Origin: Myxococcota bacterium
GTDB lineage: Bacteria > Myxococcota_A > UBA796 > SXON01
Assembly (NCBI GenBank): GCA_040386535.1
Contig: JAZKFH010000023.1
Location: 64,001-128,000, forward strand
DNA length: 64,000 nucleotides
Reading direction: 5' to 3'
In this document: piece by piece, positions 51,157-60,222 of the stretch
Layout of the letters: each line of letters begins with the position of its first letter
Position numbering within the stretch: position 1 is the first letter of the stretch
Translations under genes and position numbers: made by a program
The notes under the pieces: model-generated
What the model saw: the letters and a program-made list of their open reading frames with translations, nothing else
Told to the model about the DNA's origin: nothing
The model's database searches: none

Positions 51157-52377
51157 ATGTCCTCCCCGTCACGCCTCTCCCCGCGCTACCACCGCATCCG
51201 ACCGTCGGTGATGGCGGAGCTGGCGCGATCCTCGCAGGCGCTCGTGCGCGCCGGCCATCCCGTCCTGAATCTCGCCTCCGGGCACCTGCCGGGCGAGCTG
51301 TCGCGCGAGTTGCGGCGCGTAGCCGAGGACTCCTGGCGCGAGGGGCACTACTCCTACATGGGCGGCCCGGGGCTGCCGGCGCTCCGCGACGCGGTGGTCG
51401 AGTGGCTCGACATGCGTCAGATCCGGACCGCGGACGACGTGCTGATCGCGCCGGGCAGCCGAGCGGCGCTCGCCGCGGTGCTCGCTGTGTTGTCCGGACC
51501 TGGCGATGTCGTACTGGTCGACGGCGCGGCGTGGTTGATCTTCCACCAGATGATCGCGGTCTCCGGCGCGACCCCCGTGCCGTGCCGCCCCGGACCGGGC
51601 GCCGAAGAGCGCGGAATGAAGCTCACCGCGGCCGACGTGAAGCAGCAGCTCGAGCTCATGCCCGGCGCGCGCGCGCTCGTCCTCGCGAACCCGGTCAACA
51701 CCACGGCCCAGGTGTACGACTCGGCCGAGCTGCACGGGATCATCGACGTGTGCGCCGCGAACGGCGTGTTCTGTATCGTCGATCGCTTGTACGGCCGCCT
51801 GGTGTTCGACGGAAAACACTTCCCCTACCTGGAGCCGCGGCCTGCGGTGCGGGACTGGTGCCTCGTCATCGATGGCCTGTCGCGCGCCTTCCGCGGCGCG
51901 GGCGGGCTGCGGGTGGGCTGGGCGTGCGGCCCGCGGGACGTCATCGCCGCGGCGGCCACGGCGCAGGAGCACGGGTCGGGGCCGCCGGGCCGCGTGGTGC
52001 AGCGGGTGGCCCTCTCCGCGCTGCAGTCCCCCTACGACATCGGCCTGCTCGACGAGCTGCAGAGCTCCCGCGATTTTCTGCTCGAGCAGGTGGCGTCGCT
52101 CCCCGACGTCACCGCGTGGCCTGTTCCCGCCACGATGTACTGCCTGCTCGACTTTCGCGCCTGGCTCGGGGCCATCACGCCGGTGGGCTGGGTCATCGAC
52201 TCCAGCGGCGACCTTGCCGACTTCCTGCTCGCCGAGGCCAACGTGCTGGTCACGCCGAGCGAGATCACGGGGCAGACCGGGCTGCTGCGCGTCAGCTTTG
52301 CCCAACCGTGGGACGTTCTCACCGACGCCGTGCAACGGATCGGGATGGCCCTTGGGAGCTTGCGCCGATCTGGATAG
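51157..52377 (+). CDS. Class I/II aminotransferase-fold protein with the catalytic Lys replaced by Arg
   Basis: GLPALRDAV, NPVN, IVDRLY, DGLSRAF...LRVGW, LRVSFA. Confidence 0.8.
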   Translation: MSSPSRLSPRYHRIRPSVMAELARSSQALVRAGHPVLNLASGHLPGELSRELRRVAEDSWREGHYSYMGGPGLPALRDAVVEWLDMRQIRTADDVLIAPGSRAALAAVLAVLSGPGDVVLVDGAAWLIFHQMIAVSGATPVPCRPGPGAEERGMKLTAADVKQQLELMPGARALVLANPVNTTAQVYDSAELHGIIDVCAANGVFCIVDRLYGRLVFDGKHFPYLEPRPAVRDWCLVIDGLSRAFRGAGGLRVGWACGPRDVIAAAATAQEHGSGPPGRVVQRVALSALQSPYDIGLLDELQSSRDFLLEQVASLPDVTAWPVPATMYCLLDFRAWLGAITPVGWVIDSSGDLADFLLAEANVLVTPSEITGQTGLLRVSFAQPWDVLTDAVQRIGMALGSLRRSG

Positions 52378-52400
52378 GGGGGCGCTCTCTCGGAAGGACC

Positions 52401-53129
52401 GTGACGCTCTCCCCCACCACGTTGCTCTACGAAGGCAAGGCCAAGCAGGTCTACGCGACCGCCGACGCCGACTGGGTCGTCATCCGCTTCAAGGATGACG
52501 CCACCGCGTTCAACGGCGTGAAGAAGGCGTCGATCGGCGACAAGGGCGCCATCAACTCCAAGATCAGCGCGCATCTCCTCACGCTCGTGTCCGAGGCCGG
52601 CGTGCCGACGGCCTTCGCGAAGACGCTCGACGCGCGCGATCAGCTCTTCCGCAAGGTCGAGATCGTCCCGGTCGAGGTCGTGGTCCGCAACGTCGTGGCC
52701 GGCAGCTTCGCGAAGAAGCTCGGCCGCACCGAGGGCGAGCGCCTGGCGCGCCCCGTCGTAGAGCACTTCTACAAGTCGGACGCCCTGAACGATCCCCAGA
52801 TCAACGAGGACGCGGCGATCGTGATGGGCTGGGCCTCCGCCTGGGAGCTCGCCTGCATGCGCGAGCGCGCGCTCCAGGTGAACGACGTTCTGCTGAAGTT
52901 CTGGGACGCCCGCGGCATCGATCTGGTCGACTTCAAGCTCGAGTTCGGCCGCGCGGGCGGCGCCATCCTGCTCGCGGACGAGATCACGCCCGACGGCTCG
53001 CGGTTGTGGGAGCGCGGCACCGGCCGCCACCTCGACAAGGACGTGTTCCGTCGTGACCTGGGTGACCTCGGGGACACCTACCGCGAGCTGTACCAGCGCG
53101 TCTTCGGCACGGCGTACCTCGCCGACTGA
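52401..53129 (+). CDS. purC: SAICAR synthetase
   Basis: LYEGKAK, FKDDATAFNG, EVVVRN, LVDFKLEFG, DEITPD, DKDVFR. Confidence 0.96.
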   Translation: MTLSPTTLLYEGKAKQVYATADADWVVIRFKDDATAFNGVKKASIGDKGAINSKISAHLLTLVSEAGVPTAFAKTLDARDQLFRKVEIVPVEVVVRNVVAGSFAKKLGRTEGERLARPVVEHFYKSDALNDPQINEDAAIVMGWASAWELACMRERALQVNDVLLKFWDARGIDLVDFKLEFGRAGGAILLADEITPDGSRLWERGTGRHLDKDVFRRDLGDLGDTYRELYQRVFGTAYLAD

Positions 53130-53177
53130 CCTCGCGGGCGTCCTGGATGTGCCTATCCCTTCGGGTGGGGGTGTCGC

Positions 53178-53594
53178 ATGTGGGACCGGCTGTGGAGCGT
53201 CTTGGCGGTGGTCCTGCTGGGCGCGTGTCGACCCATGAGCGACGAGCGGGCGTTCCTAGCGGACGAGCTCGCGAGCACCTACAGCACGGCGGTTCGCGTC
53301 GATCTCCCGACGCCAGCAGGGGAGGGGGACGCGCCCCTGGCCGGGAGCCTCGGCCCCCCCGAGGTGATGGTCGAGCCGGAGATGCCCGGCACGACGACCA
53401 TGACCCGCGAGGGCTCGAGCGGGCCCCCGATGCGGTCTGAGGCCGAGCCGACGCCACCCCCGTCTCACTCGACCACCCGCCAATATCTCCGGGGGCACAG
53501 CCGCGACGCGCATCGGGTCCGCCCGGGCGTTCGAGGGCCCCGCCCCGAGCCGCCCCGCCCCGAGCCGGCGCCCGACTACTCGCCCGCGGAGTAG
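53178..53594 (+). CDS. Hypothetical Pro-rich lipoprotein
   Basis: LGAC lipobox; low-complexity tail; short 3' overlap with the next gene. Confidence 0.4.
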   Translation: MWDRLWSVLAVVLLGACRPMSDERAFLADELASTYSTAVRVDLPTPAGEGDAPLAGSLGPPEVMVEPEMPGTTTMTREGSSGPPMRSEAEPTPPPSHSTTRQYLRGHSRDAHRVRPGVRGPRPEPPRPEPAPDYSPAE

Positions 53595-54823
53595 ATCCCC
53601 CGCGCGAGGTACCCGTCCCCCGACACCCAGAAGGTCTCGCCGGAGATCGCCGCCGCGTAGAGCGGGGGCACGTCCTCTTCGCGTTCGGTCCAGGTCAGGC
53701 CCCCGTCCTCGGTGAGCGCGATGAACCCGCCGAGCGTGGCGGGCGGGTAGCGGTGCCCGACGGCGATCCCGTGCTGGCCGTCCGGGGCGAACACGACGTC
53801 GTGCATCACGTCGACCGTGCCGCCGAGGGAGATGTCGGTCCAGGACGCGCCTCCGTCGTCGCTCCGGTAGAAGAAGCCCGAGGCCTCGCTCGCGCGCTGC
53901 TGATCCCGCCCGCCGGCGAACCAGGTCAGCCCGTCATCGGGCGTCGAGAGGGCCCAGACCTCGCCCTGGAACGTGTCGATGTCCGTGGCGTGGAAATTGA
54001 ACCACTCGCCGTCCTCGTGCTGGCTCGGGCCGTAGAACACCGGCGGCTCCACGATCCGCGTCCCGGCGCCGTAGTAGGCCCCGCCCGCCGCCACCATGTT
54101 GAGCATGTAGTAGTAGGCGTACCCGCCGTCGTTCAGGTTCTCGTCCTCCCAGTAGCGATACTCCGCGGTCCAGGTCACGCCGTTGTCGGTCGACCGGGTC
54201 ATGTCGCCCACGGTCTCGCTCGCGACGAGGATCGAGCCGTCTCCCGCCGCGGCGACGGCGCCGCAGTTGGACATCTGGGCCGAGCCCGGGTCGTTCGTGT
54301 TCGATCCGTAGGTGAGCAGCACGGTGGTCACGCCGTCCTGGAGCCGCCACAGGAGCGGGTCCGGGTCGGAGGAGTAGTCGTGGCCGCACACGAGCAGGCC
54401 GCCGCTCGGGTCGGGCACGATGCGATTGATGTAGAGGTCGTCGCCCCCGCTCGAGCCGTGCGCGGCGGAGAAGCTCTCGCCCGCGTCGCTGGTGGCCCAG
54501 AGCCCCATCCCGCTGCCGCAGCCGGCCCAGCCGGTGGTCTCGTCCTGGAAGTACAACGCGTAGGGGGTACCGCCGGAGCACGGATCGCCCAGCTCCCAGT
54601 ACACGGGAGGCGGCTCGGGCTCGTCGGTGTCCGTGTCGGCGTCCGTATCGGAGTCGGTGTCCGTGTCGGTGTCGGCATCCGTGTCCGCGTCCGTATCGGC
54701 ATCGGTGTCGGTGTCGGTGTCGGCCGGGGTGCCGGTGTCCTGCACGCCGGAGCTGGTGCAGGCCGCGAGGCTCAGGCCGAGGAGGGTCAGGAGGGAGAGG
54801 AGGACCGAGGGGCGAGGGGACAT
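53576..54823 (-). CDS. Lipoprotein with DT linker and BNR/Asp-box (YCF48-like) beta-propeller
   Basis: LAAC; TSDAGESF, STDNGVTW, SDDGGASW, TEDGGLTW. Confidence 0.8.
   Translation of the reverse strand: MSPRPSVLLSLLTLLGLSLAACTSSGVQDTGTPADTDTDTDADTDADTDADTDTDTDSDTDADTDTDEPEPPPVYWELGDPCSGGTPYALYFQDETTGWAGCGSGMGLWATSDAGESFSAAHGSSGGDDLYINRIVPDPSGGLLVCGHDYSSDPDPLLWRLQDGVTTVLLTYGSNTNDPGSAQMSNCGAVAAAGDGSILVASETVGDMTRSTDNGVTWTAEYRYWEDENLNDGGYAYYYMLNMVAAGGAYYGAGTRIVEPPVFYGPSQHEDGEWFNFHATDIDTFQGEVWALSTPDDGLTWFAGGRDQQRASEASGFFYRSDDGGASWTDISLGGTVDVMHDVVFAPDGQHGIAVGHRYPPATLGGFIALTEDGGLTWTEREEDVPPLYAAAISGETFWVSGDGYLARGIYSAGE
54624..54723 (-). repeat. Asp-Thr/Ala repeat linker
   Basis: DTDTDTDADTDADTDADTDTDTDSDTDADTDTD. 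Confidence 0.9.
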
Positions 54824-54853
54824 GGGAGTGCTCCGGTGGCGACGCGGAGGCTA

Positions 54854-54869
54854 AGCACGAACCGTTCCA
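54854..54869 (-). promoter_or_regulatory. Probable sigma54 promoter for the beta-propeller gene
   Basis: TGGAACGGTTCGTGCT on the minus strand (GG-N10-GC). Confidence 0.6.
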
Positions 54870-54897
54870 TCGAATACACGGCGTTCGCTCGTCGGCA

Positions 54898-54940
54898 GGG
54901 TGACGGACGTCCGTCACCCCCGACCGACGTCCGTCACCCC
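54898..54940. repeat. 22-bp perfect palindrome plus a second copy at 20-bp period
   Basis: GGGTGACGGACGTCCGTCACCC then CGACCGACGTCCGTCACCCC. Confidence 0.85.
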
Positions 54941-56548
54941 CCCTGACAGCCGTCGTCGCGCAAGGGTGTCCCAGTCGAGTCCGAAACGAGCGAGGTACTT
55001 CCGCAGTCGATCGGCATCGTTGACCGACGTGCGTTGGGCGCGCGACGCCGCGAACAGGGTGCGCCCGGCGTCGGAGAGGTTCCGCGCCGCGCGGCACACC
55101 CGGATGACCTCCGCGAGCTGCACGCGGTCGAAGCGATCGATGGGGGTGTCCCCGAGCAGCTCGGCCACCGGGTCGTCTTCGGGCGCGTCGGTTCGCACTT
55201 CCTGCGCCGCCCCGCCCGCCCAGGTGGCCCGCAAGCGGCCGATCTCCTCGTCGACCGTGTCCCGGTCGATGCGGGCGCCGGGCGCGAGCGTGCTCATGCG
55301 GACCACGGCGCCGCCGAGGTCCCGGAAGTTTCGCGGCCACGGCGCCGTCGCGGCGAAGGCGAGGAAGTGTTCCCGGGCCTCGCGGTTGAACGTCAACCGG
55401 CGGCCGCTGGCCCGACCGACCCGCTCCAGCTCGTGGTCCACGTTGGGCGGGATGTCCTCGGGGCGGTCCTTGAGGCCGGGGAGCGCGAACGACCAGAGGT
55501 CGAGGCGGGCGAGCAGATCCTCGCGGAAGCGCCCGTCCGCCACGGCGCGCCCCAGATCCCGGTTCGTGCCCGCGAGGAGCAGGAAGTCGCTCTCCACCTC
55601 CCGATCGGAGCCCACCGGGAGGAAGCGCTTGTCCTCGACGGCGCGCAGGAGCATCGCCTGCTCCTCGAGGCCGAGCTCGCCGATCTCATCGAGGAACAAC
55701 ACGCCGCCGTCGGCTTCGCGCAACAGCCCCGCGCGGTCGGCCACCGCGCCGGTGAAGGCGCCCCGACGGTGCCCGAACAGCGCCGCCATCGCCCCGTCGC
55801 CACGGAGCGTGGCGCAGTTCACCTCGACGAACGCGCCCTTCACGAGGCGGCGCGCCCGTTTTAGCTCCCAGATCCGCCGGGCGAGCCGCGACTTGCCTGC
55901 GCCGGTGGGCCCCGTGAGCAACATGGGCGCGGAGGACCGGAGGGCGACCAGCTCGATGCGGTCGATGAGGGTGTTGAAGGCGGCGTTTCGGGTCTCGATC
56001 CCGTCTTTCAGGAACGAGGTCGCCTCCTGACGTTCGGCCTCGAAGCGGCGCGCCAGCCGGTCGTAACGCGAGAGCATGAGATCGATGACGCCGTACCGCC
56101 CCGCCGGCGTCCGCCCCGGGCCGGTCTGCACCAGCCGCGCGGGGAGGTGGCGCGATTCCACGAGGAGGAACAAGCAGATCTGGGCGACGTGGGTGCCGGT
56201 CGTGATGTGGACCAGGTAGTCCTCGGCGTCCGGGTCGAACGGGTACGCGCGCGCGAAGTCGTAGAGCGCGGTGTAAACGGCCTCGAAGTCCCAGGGATCG
56301 GGCAATTCGAGGGTGTGCAGGCGCACCTCCGTCTCGGAGCTCACCGTGCGGATGTCCGCCGCGATCAGCGCCGCGAGCGACGCCCACGGGGAGGGGTGCA
56401 GCACCTCGATGCGGCTCACCACGAGGTCGTCCTGGCGGCACAGGCCGACGGTGGGGCGCCACTTGTTCCAGCGCTCGGGGCCCCGGACGCCGCGATCGAG
56501 GTTGGTCCCGAGCAGGCCGAGGACGACGGTGGGGCGGGGTGTGTCCAT
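54914..56548 (-). CDS. rtcR: RNA repair transcriptional activator RtcR (CARF + sigma54 AAA + HTH)
   Basis: RWNKWRPTV, DPWDFE, HITTGTHVAQIC, GPTGAGKS, GAFTGA, NDADRLRKYLARFGL. Confidence 0.95.
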   Translation of the reverse strand: MDTPRPTVVLGLLGTNLDRGVRGPERWNKWRPTVGLCRQDDLVVSRIEVLHPSPWASLAALIAADIRTVSSETEVRLHTLELPDPWDFEAVYTALYDFARAYPFDPDAEDYLVHITTGTHVAQICLFLLVESRHLPARLVQTGPGRTPAGRYGVIDLMLSRYDRLARRFEAERQEATSFLKDGIETRNAAFNTLIDRIELVALRSSAPMLLTGPTGAGKSRLARRIWELKRARRLVKGAFVEVNCATLRGDGAMAALFGHRRGAFTGAVADRAGLLREADGGVLFLDEIGELGLEEQAMLLRAVEDKRFLPVGSDREVESDFLLLAGTNRDLGRAVADGRFREDLLARLDLWSFALPGLKDRPEDIPPNVDHELERVGRASGRRLTFNREAREHFLAFAATAPWPRNFRDLGGAVVRMSTLAPGARIDRDTVDEEIGRLRATWAGGAAQEVRTDAPEDDPVAELLGDTPIDRFDRVQLAEVIRVCRAARNLSDAGRTLFAASRAQRTSVNDADRLRKYLARFGLDWDTLARRRLSGGVTDVGRG

Positions 56549-56556
56549 CGACGGGG

Positions 56557-56649
56557 TATCCAGCTGGAGCGTCACTATATCCCAGCAGATAAGAATCGCG
56601 GACGGATCGGTGCTAAGTAGTTGATTCCTCGATTGGCACGCGCCGTGCG
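56557..56649 (+). promoter_or_regulatory. rtcBA promoter: putative RtcR UAS pair, IHF site and sigma54 -24/-12
   Basis: TATC-N6-GAGC (56557) and TATC-N6-GATA (56578); AATCAACTACTTA on minus at 56614-56626 matches WATCAAN4TTR; TGGCACGCGCCGTGC at 56634. Confidence 0.8.
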
Positions 56650-56672
56650 AATAGGGGGTGCAGGAGGCCACC

Positions 56673-57935
56673 ATGGCACACGACGCATCCGGCAAGACGG
56701 CAAACCACGAGACCGCGAACTACGAAACCTTCGACATCGAGGGCGGCAAGCACGTCAAGGCGTGGATCAAGGGCGTACCGTTCGACGAGAAGGCGCGCGT
56801 GCAGCTCGCCAACCTCGCGCGGCTCCCCTTCGTCTACCCCCACGTCGCCGTCATGCCCGACGTGCACGTCGGCATCGGCGCCACCGTCGGGAGCGTCATC
56901 GCCACGTTCGGGGCCATCGTGCCCGCGGCGGTCGGCGTCGACATCGGCTGCGGCATGGTCGCCGCACGCACGGACCTGCGCGCCGAGGACCTGCCGGACA
57001 ACCTGTTCGGTGTGCGCTCGGCGATCGAGGCCGCGGTGCCGCACGGTCGGTCCGAGAACGGCGGCCGCAACGACAAGGGCGGCTGGTCCGGCGGCCTCCC
57101 CACCGACGTGGGCGAGGCCTGGAAGGGCCTCACCGCGCGCCACGCGGTGATCATGGACAAGCACCCCAAGGTGCGGCACCCGCGCCCGGCCGGCCAGCTC
57201 GGCACGCTCGGCACGGGCAACCACTTCATCGAGTTGTGCCTCGACGAGAAGGGCGACGTCTGGATCATGTTGCACTCCGGCAGCCGCGGGCAGGGCAACG
57301 CGATCGGCACGTACTTCATCGAGCTGGCCCGTCAGGAGATGAAGCGCTGGTTCGTGAACCTCCCCGACCGCGACCTGGCCTACCTCTCCGAGGGGTCGGC
57401 GTACTTCGACGACTACCTCGAGGCCGTGGGCTGGGCGCAGGAGTACGCGCGGACCAACCGCGACGTCATGCTTGCGCGCACGATCGCGGCGGTCGCCGAG
57501 GCGCTCGGTCGGCCCGTGATCGCGACGATGGAGGCGGTGAACTGCCACCACAACTACGTGGCGCGCGAGCACCACTACGGGCGGAACCTGCTCGTCACCC
57601 GCAAGGGCGCCGTGCGGGCCGGCACCGGAGATCTCGGCATCATCCCGGGCTCGATGGGCGCGCGCTCGTTCATCGTGCGGGGCAAGGGCAACGTCGAGAG
57701 CTTCTCGTCGTGCAGCCACGGCGCGGGCCGGACGCTCTCGCGGACCGAGGCGAAGAAGCGATACACGGTCGAGGACCAGGTGCGGGCCACCGCCGGGGTC
57801 GAGTGTCGCAAGGACGCCAGCGTGATCGACGAGATCCCCATGGCCTACAAGGACATCGACGCCGTCATGGCCGCGCAGGCGGATCTCGTCGACATCGTGC
57901 ACACGCTCCGCCAGGTCGTCTGTGTGAAGGGGTAG
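56673..57935 (+). CDS. rtcB: RNA-splicing ligase RtcB
   Basis: MPDVHVG, VGVDIGCG, GTGNHFIE, LHSGSRG, CHHNY, SHGAGR, DEIPMAYK. Confidence 0.97.
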   Translation: MAHDASGKTANHETANYETFDIEGGKHVKAWIKGVPFDEKARVQLANLARLPFVYPHVAVMPDVHVGIGATVGSVIATFGAIVPAAVGVDIGCGMVAARTDLRAEDLPDNLFGVRSAIEAAVPHGRSENGGRNDKGGWSGGLPTDVGEAWKGLTARHAVIMDKHPKVRHPRPAGQLGTLGTGNHFIELCLDEKGDVWIMLHSGSRGQGNAIGTYFIELARQEMKRWFVNLPDRDLAYLSEGSAYFDDYLEAVGWAQEYARTNRDVMLARTIAAVAEALGRPVIATMEAVNCHHNYVAREHHYGRNLLVTRKGAVRAGTGDLGIIPGSMGARSFIVRGKGNVESFSSCSHGAGRTLSRTEAKKRYTVEDQVRATAGVECRKDASVIDEIPMAYKDIDAVMAAQADLVDIVHTLRQVVCVKG

Positions 57936-57940
57936 TCATC

Positions 57941-58951
57941 ATGCTCTACATCGACGGCTCCTTCGGCGAGGGCGGCGGGCAGGTGCTCCGCACCGCGCTC
58001 GGCCTGTCCCTCGCCACGGGCACGCCCTTCCGCATCGACAACATTCGTGCCGGGCGTGGGCGCCCCGGCCTCTTGCGCCAACACCTCACCGCGGTCCGCA
58101 CCGCGGCGACGGTGGGCCGCGCGGAGGTCGTGGGGGACACGCTTGGGTCGCGGGCGTTGACCTTCGTTCCGCGGGCCCTGGTCGCGGGCGACCACCACGC
58201 GTCGATCGGGAGCGCGGGCAGCGCGATGCTCGTCGTCCAGGCCGTGCTCCCGGCGCTGCTGGCGGCGGATCAGCCGTCGCGACTGGTGGTCGAAGGGGGG
58301 ACCCACAACCCGTCGGCGCCCCCGTTCGACTTCGTCGCGCGGACGTTCCTCCCAATCCTCGCCCGGATGGGCGCCTCCGTCCGTGTCACGTTGGACCGCC
58401 CCGGCTTCTACCCGGCGGGTGGTGGGCGCGTGCTCGTGGAGGTCGCTCCCGCGAAGCTGGCTCCCCTCGAGCTCGTGGAGCGGGGGGCCGTGCGGGCCAT
58501 CCGCGCGCGGGCCGTGGTGTCGGCGGTGCCCACGAGCGTCGCACATCGGGAGCTGCGGGTGTTGGCCGAGCGCTTCGGGCTCGATCGGGAGGCCCTCATC
58601 TGCGAGGACGTGCCGCGGCCCGTGGGGCCCGGGAACGTCGTGTTTGTCGAGGTCGAATGTGAGCACGTCACGGAGGTGTTCACGGCGTTCGGTCAGAAGG
58701 GGGTGACCTCGGAGGAGGTGGCGCGCGCGGTCGGCGACGAGGCGCAGGCGTGGATCGACACGGGCATGCCGGTCGGCGAACACCTCGCCGACCAGCTCCT
58801 GATCCCGCTCGCCCTCGCGCGCGGCGGGCGGTTCCGCACGGGGCCGGTGACCCTCCACACCACGACCAACGCCGAGATCATCGGGCGCTTCCTCGACGTG
58901 CGGTTCTCGTTCGACGAGACGGCGGTGGGGACCCTGGTGAGCTGCGCGTAG
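57941..58951 (+). CDS. rtcA: RNA 3'-terminal phosphate cyclase
   Basis: GEGGGQVLR, PGLLRQH, GGTHN, GFYPAGGG, HLADQL, TLHTTTN. Confidence 0.96.
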   Translation: MLYIDGSFGEGGGQVLRTALGLSLATGTPFRIDNIRAGRGRPGLLRQHLTAVRTAATVGRAEVVGDTLGSRALTFVPRALVAGDHHASIGSAGSAMLVVQAVLPALLAADQPSRLVVEGGTHNPSAPPFDFVARTFLPILARMGASVRVTLDRPGFYPAGGGRVLVEVAPAKLAPLELVERGAVRAIRARAVVSAVPTSVAHRELRVLAERFGLDREALICEDVPRPVGPGNVVFVEVECEHVTEVFTAFGQKGVTSEEVARAVGDEAQAWIDTGMPVGEHLADQLLIPLALARGGRFRTGPVTLHTTTNAEIIGRFLDVRFSFDETAVGTLVSCA

Positions 58952-58965
58952 GGCGCGCCCGAACG

Positions 58966-59763
58966 CTACGCCTGCTCGGTCAACCACGCCTCGAGCACGG
59001 GCCAGAACCGGCGCGCCTCCTCGACCGGCGCCATGTGGCCCGCCCCCTCGAAAACGTGGAGGCGGGCGTCGGGCAGGGACTCGGCGAGGATGGCGCACAC
59101 GCCCCGCGCGGCGCGGGGAGAGCGGGTGCCCGACATCACGAGGGTGGGGCAGGGGATCCGCCAGTCCTCGGCGCGCAACTTCACGCCCATCAACGCGCGC
59201 ACCTCCAGGAAGGTCTTCCGACCGACCGCGGCGAGCGCCTCCTGCCGGGCGGGCGCCAGGCGGCTCCACGCTCCCGGCCCGCCCCAGTAGTCGACGAAGC
59301 GCCCAACCCAACGCGTGTCCCCGCCGGTCGTGGCGTCGAGGAACGTGCCGTCGTCGGCCCCGGCGAGATCGGCGCCGCCCTCGGCGTCGCGATCGACGAG
59401 CACGTGGAAGGTGACGGGCTCGTAGAGCGCCAGCGACCGCACGCGCGTCGGGGCTTCGCGCGCCGCGAGCATCGCGAGGACGCCGCCGTAGGAGTGCCCG
59501 ACGAGGTGGACGGGCGCGCCCGCGTGCTCGAGGACCGCGCGGACGATCGCGAGATCGGCCTCCAACTCGAAGTTGTCGCGGTCCGGCCACGGATCGCTGC
59601 CGCCGTACCCGAGCAGGTCAGGCGCGAGGACGCGGTGGGCGGCCGCGAGGCGGGGCACGATGGGGCCCCACTGTTGGGAGCTCAGGCCGGACGAGTGGAC
59701 GAGGACGACGGGGGCGCCCTGGCCGCGGTCCAGGACGGCGATCTCACGGCTGTCTACCTGCAT
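58966..59763 (-). CDS. Alpha/beta hydrolase
   Basis: LVHSSG, DLLGYG, GHSYGG, GAGHM. Confidence 0.88.
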   Translation of the reverse strand: MQVDSREIAVLDRGQGAPVVLVHSSGLSSQQWGPIVPRLAAAHRVLAPDLLGYGGSDPWPDRDNFELEADLAIVRAVLEHAGAPVHLVGHSYGGVLAMLAAREAPTRVRSLALYEPVTFHVLVDRDAEGGADLAGADDGTFLDATTGGDTRWVGRFVDYWGGPGAWSRLAPARQEALAAVGRKTFLEVRALMGVKLRAEDWRIPCPTLVMSGTRSPRAARGVCAILAESLPDARLHVFEGAGHMAPVEEARRFWPVLEAWLTEQA

Positions 59764-59766
59764 GTG

Positions 59767-60222
59767 TCAGTCCGCCCCGACCGCATAGCGCACCTCGATC
59801 CGCGCGCCTCGGGCGGGGGAGCGCAGGTCCGAATGGACCGACCCCCACGGGAAGGTGTACCGCACGGGTCCGGGCTGGGGCGGCGGCGCGTACATCAGCT
59901 CGTGGACGCTGTTGGCGAACCACTCGCGCACGATCGCGTCCTGGTAGTCCTTCCGGGCCGTCTCCCAGGCGAGGGCGCCCTCGAGGCCCTCCACGGGCCG
60001 GCGGATGGCGTAGCAGAGCTCCAGCCAGGTCAGCTGGCCGCCAGGCATGCAGGCGGTCACGACGAGGGAGCGGCCGCGGGTGTCATCGGCCTCGCGCATC
60101 CACATGCCGCCGCCGCTCGCGCGCCAGTGGCGGCCGGGCTGGCCGTGGGGGTCGAAGTAGCCGGGGCCGGACCCGATGGTCTCGTCCGCGAGCCGCAATA
60201 CGCCGGTGTCGCGGACGATCAC
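59767..60222 (-). CDS. Hypothetical protein
   Basis: GTGA overlap with the upstream lipoprotein stop; C-terminal YTFPWGSVHS..IEVRY. Confidence 0.6.
   Translation of the reverse strand: MIVRDTGVLRLADETIGSGPGYFDPHGQPGRHWRASGGGMWMREADDTRGRSLVVTACMPGGQLTWLELCYAIRRPVEGLEGALAWETARKDYQDAIVREWFANSVHELMYAPPPQPGPVRYTFPWGSVHSDLRSPARGARIEVRYAVGAD

Noticed and set aside
54898..54940. Repeat pair as a mini CRISPR array beside a CARF protein
   Set aside because: Only two copies with no spacer and no cas genes; the CARF domain belongs to RtcR
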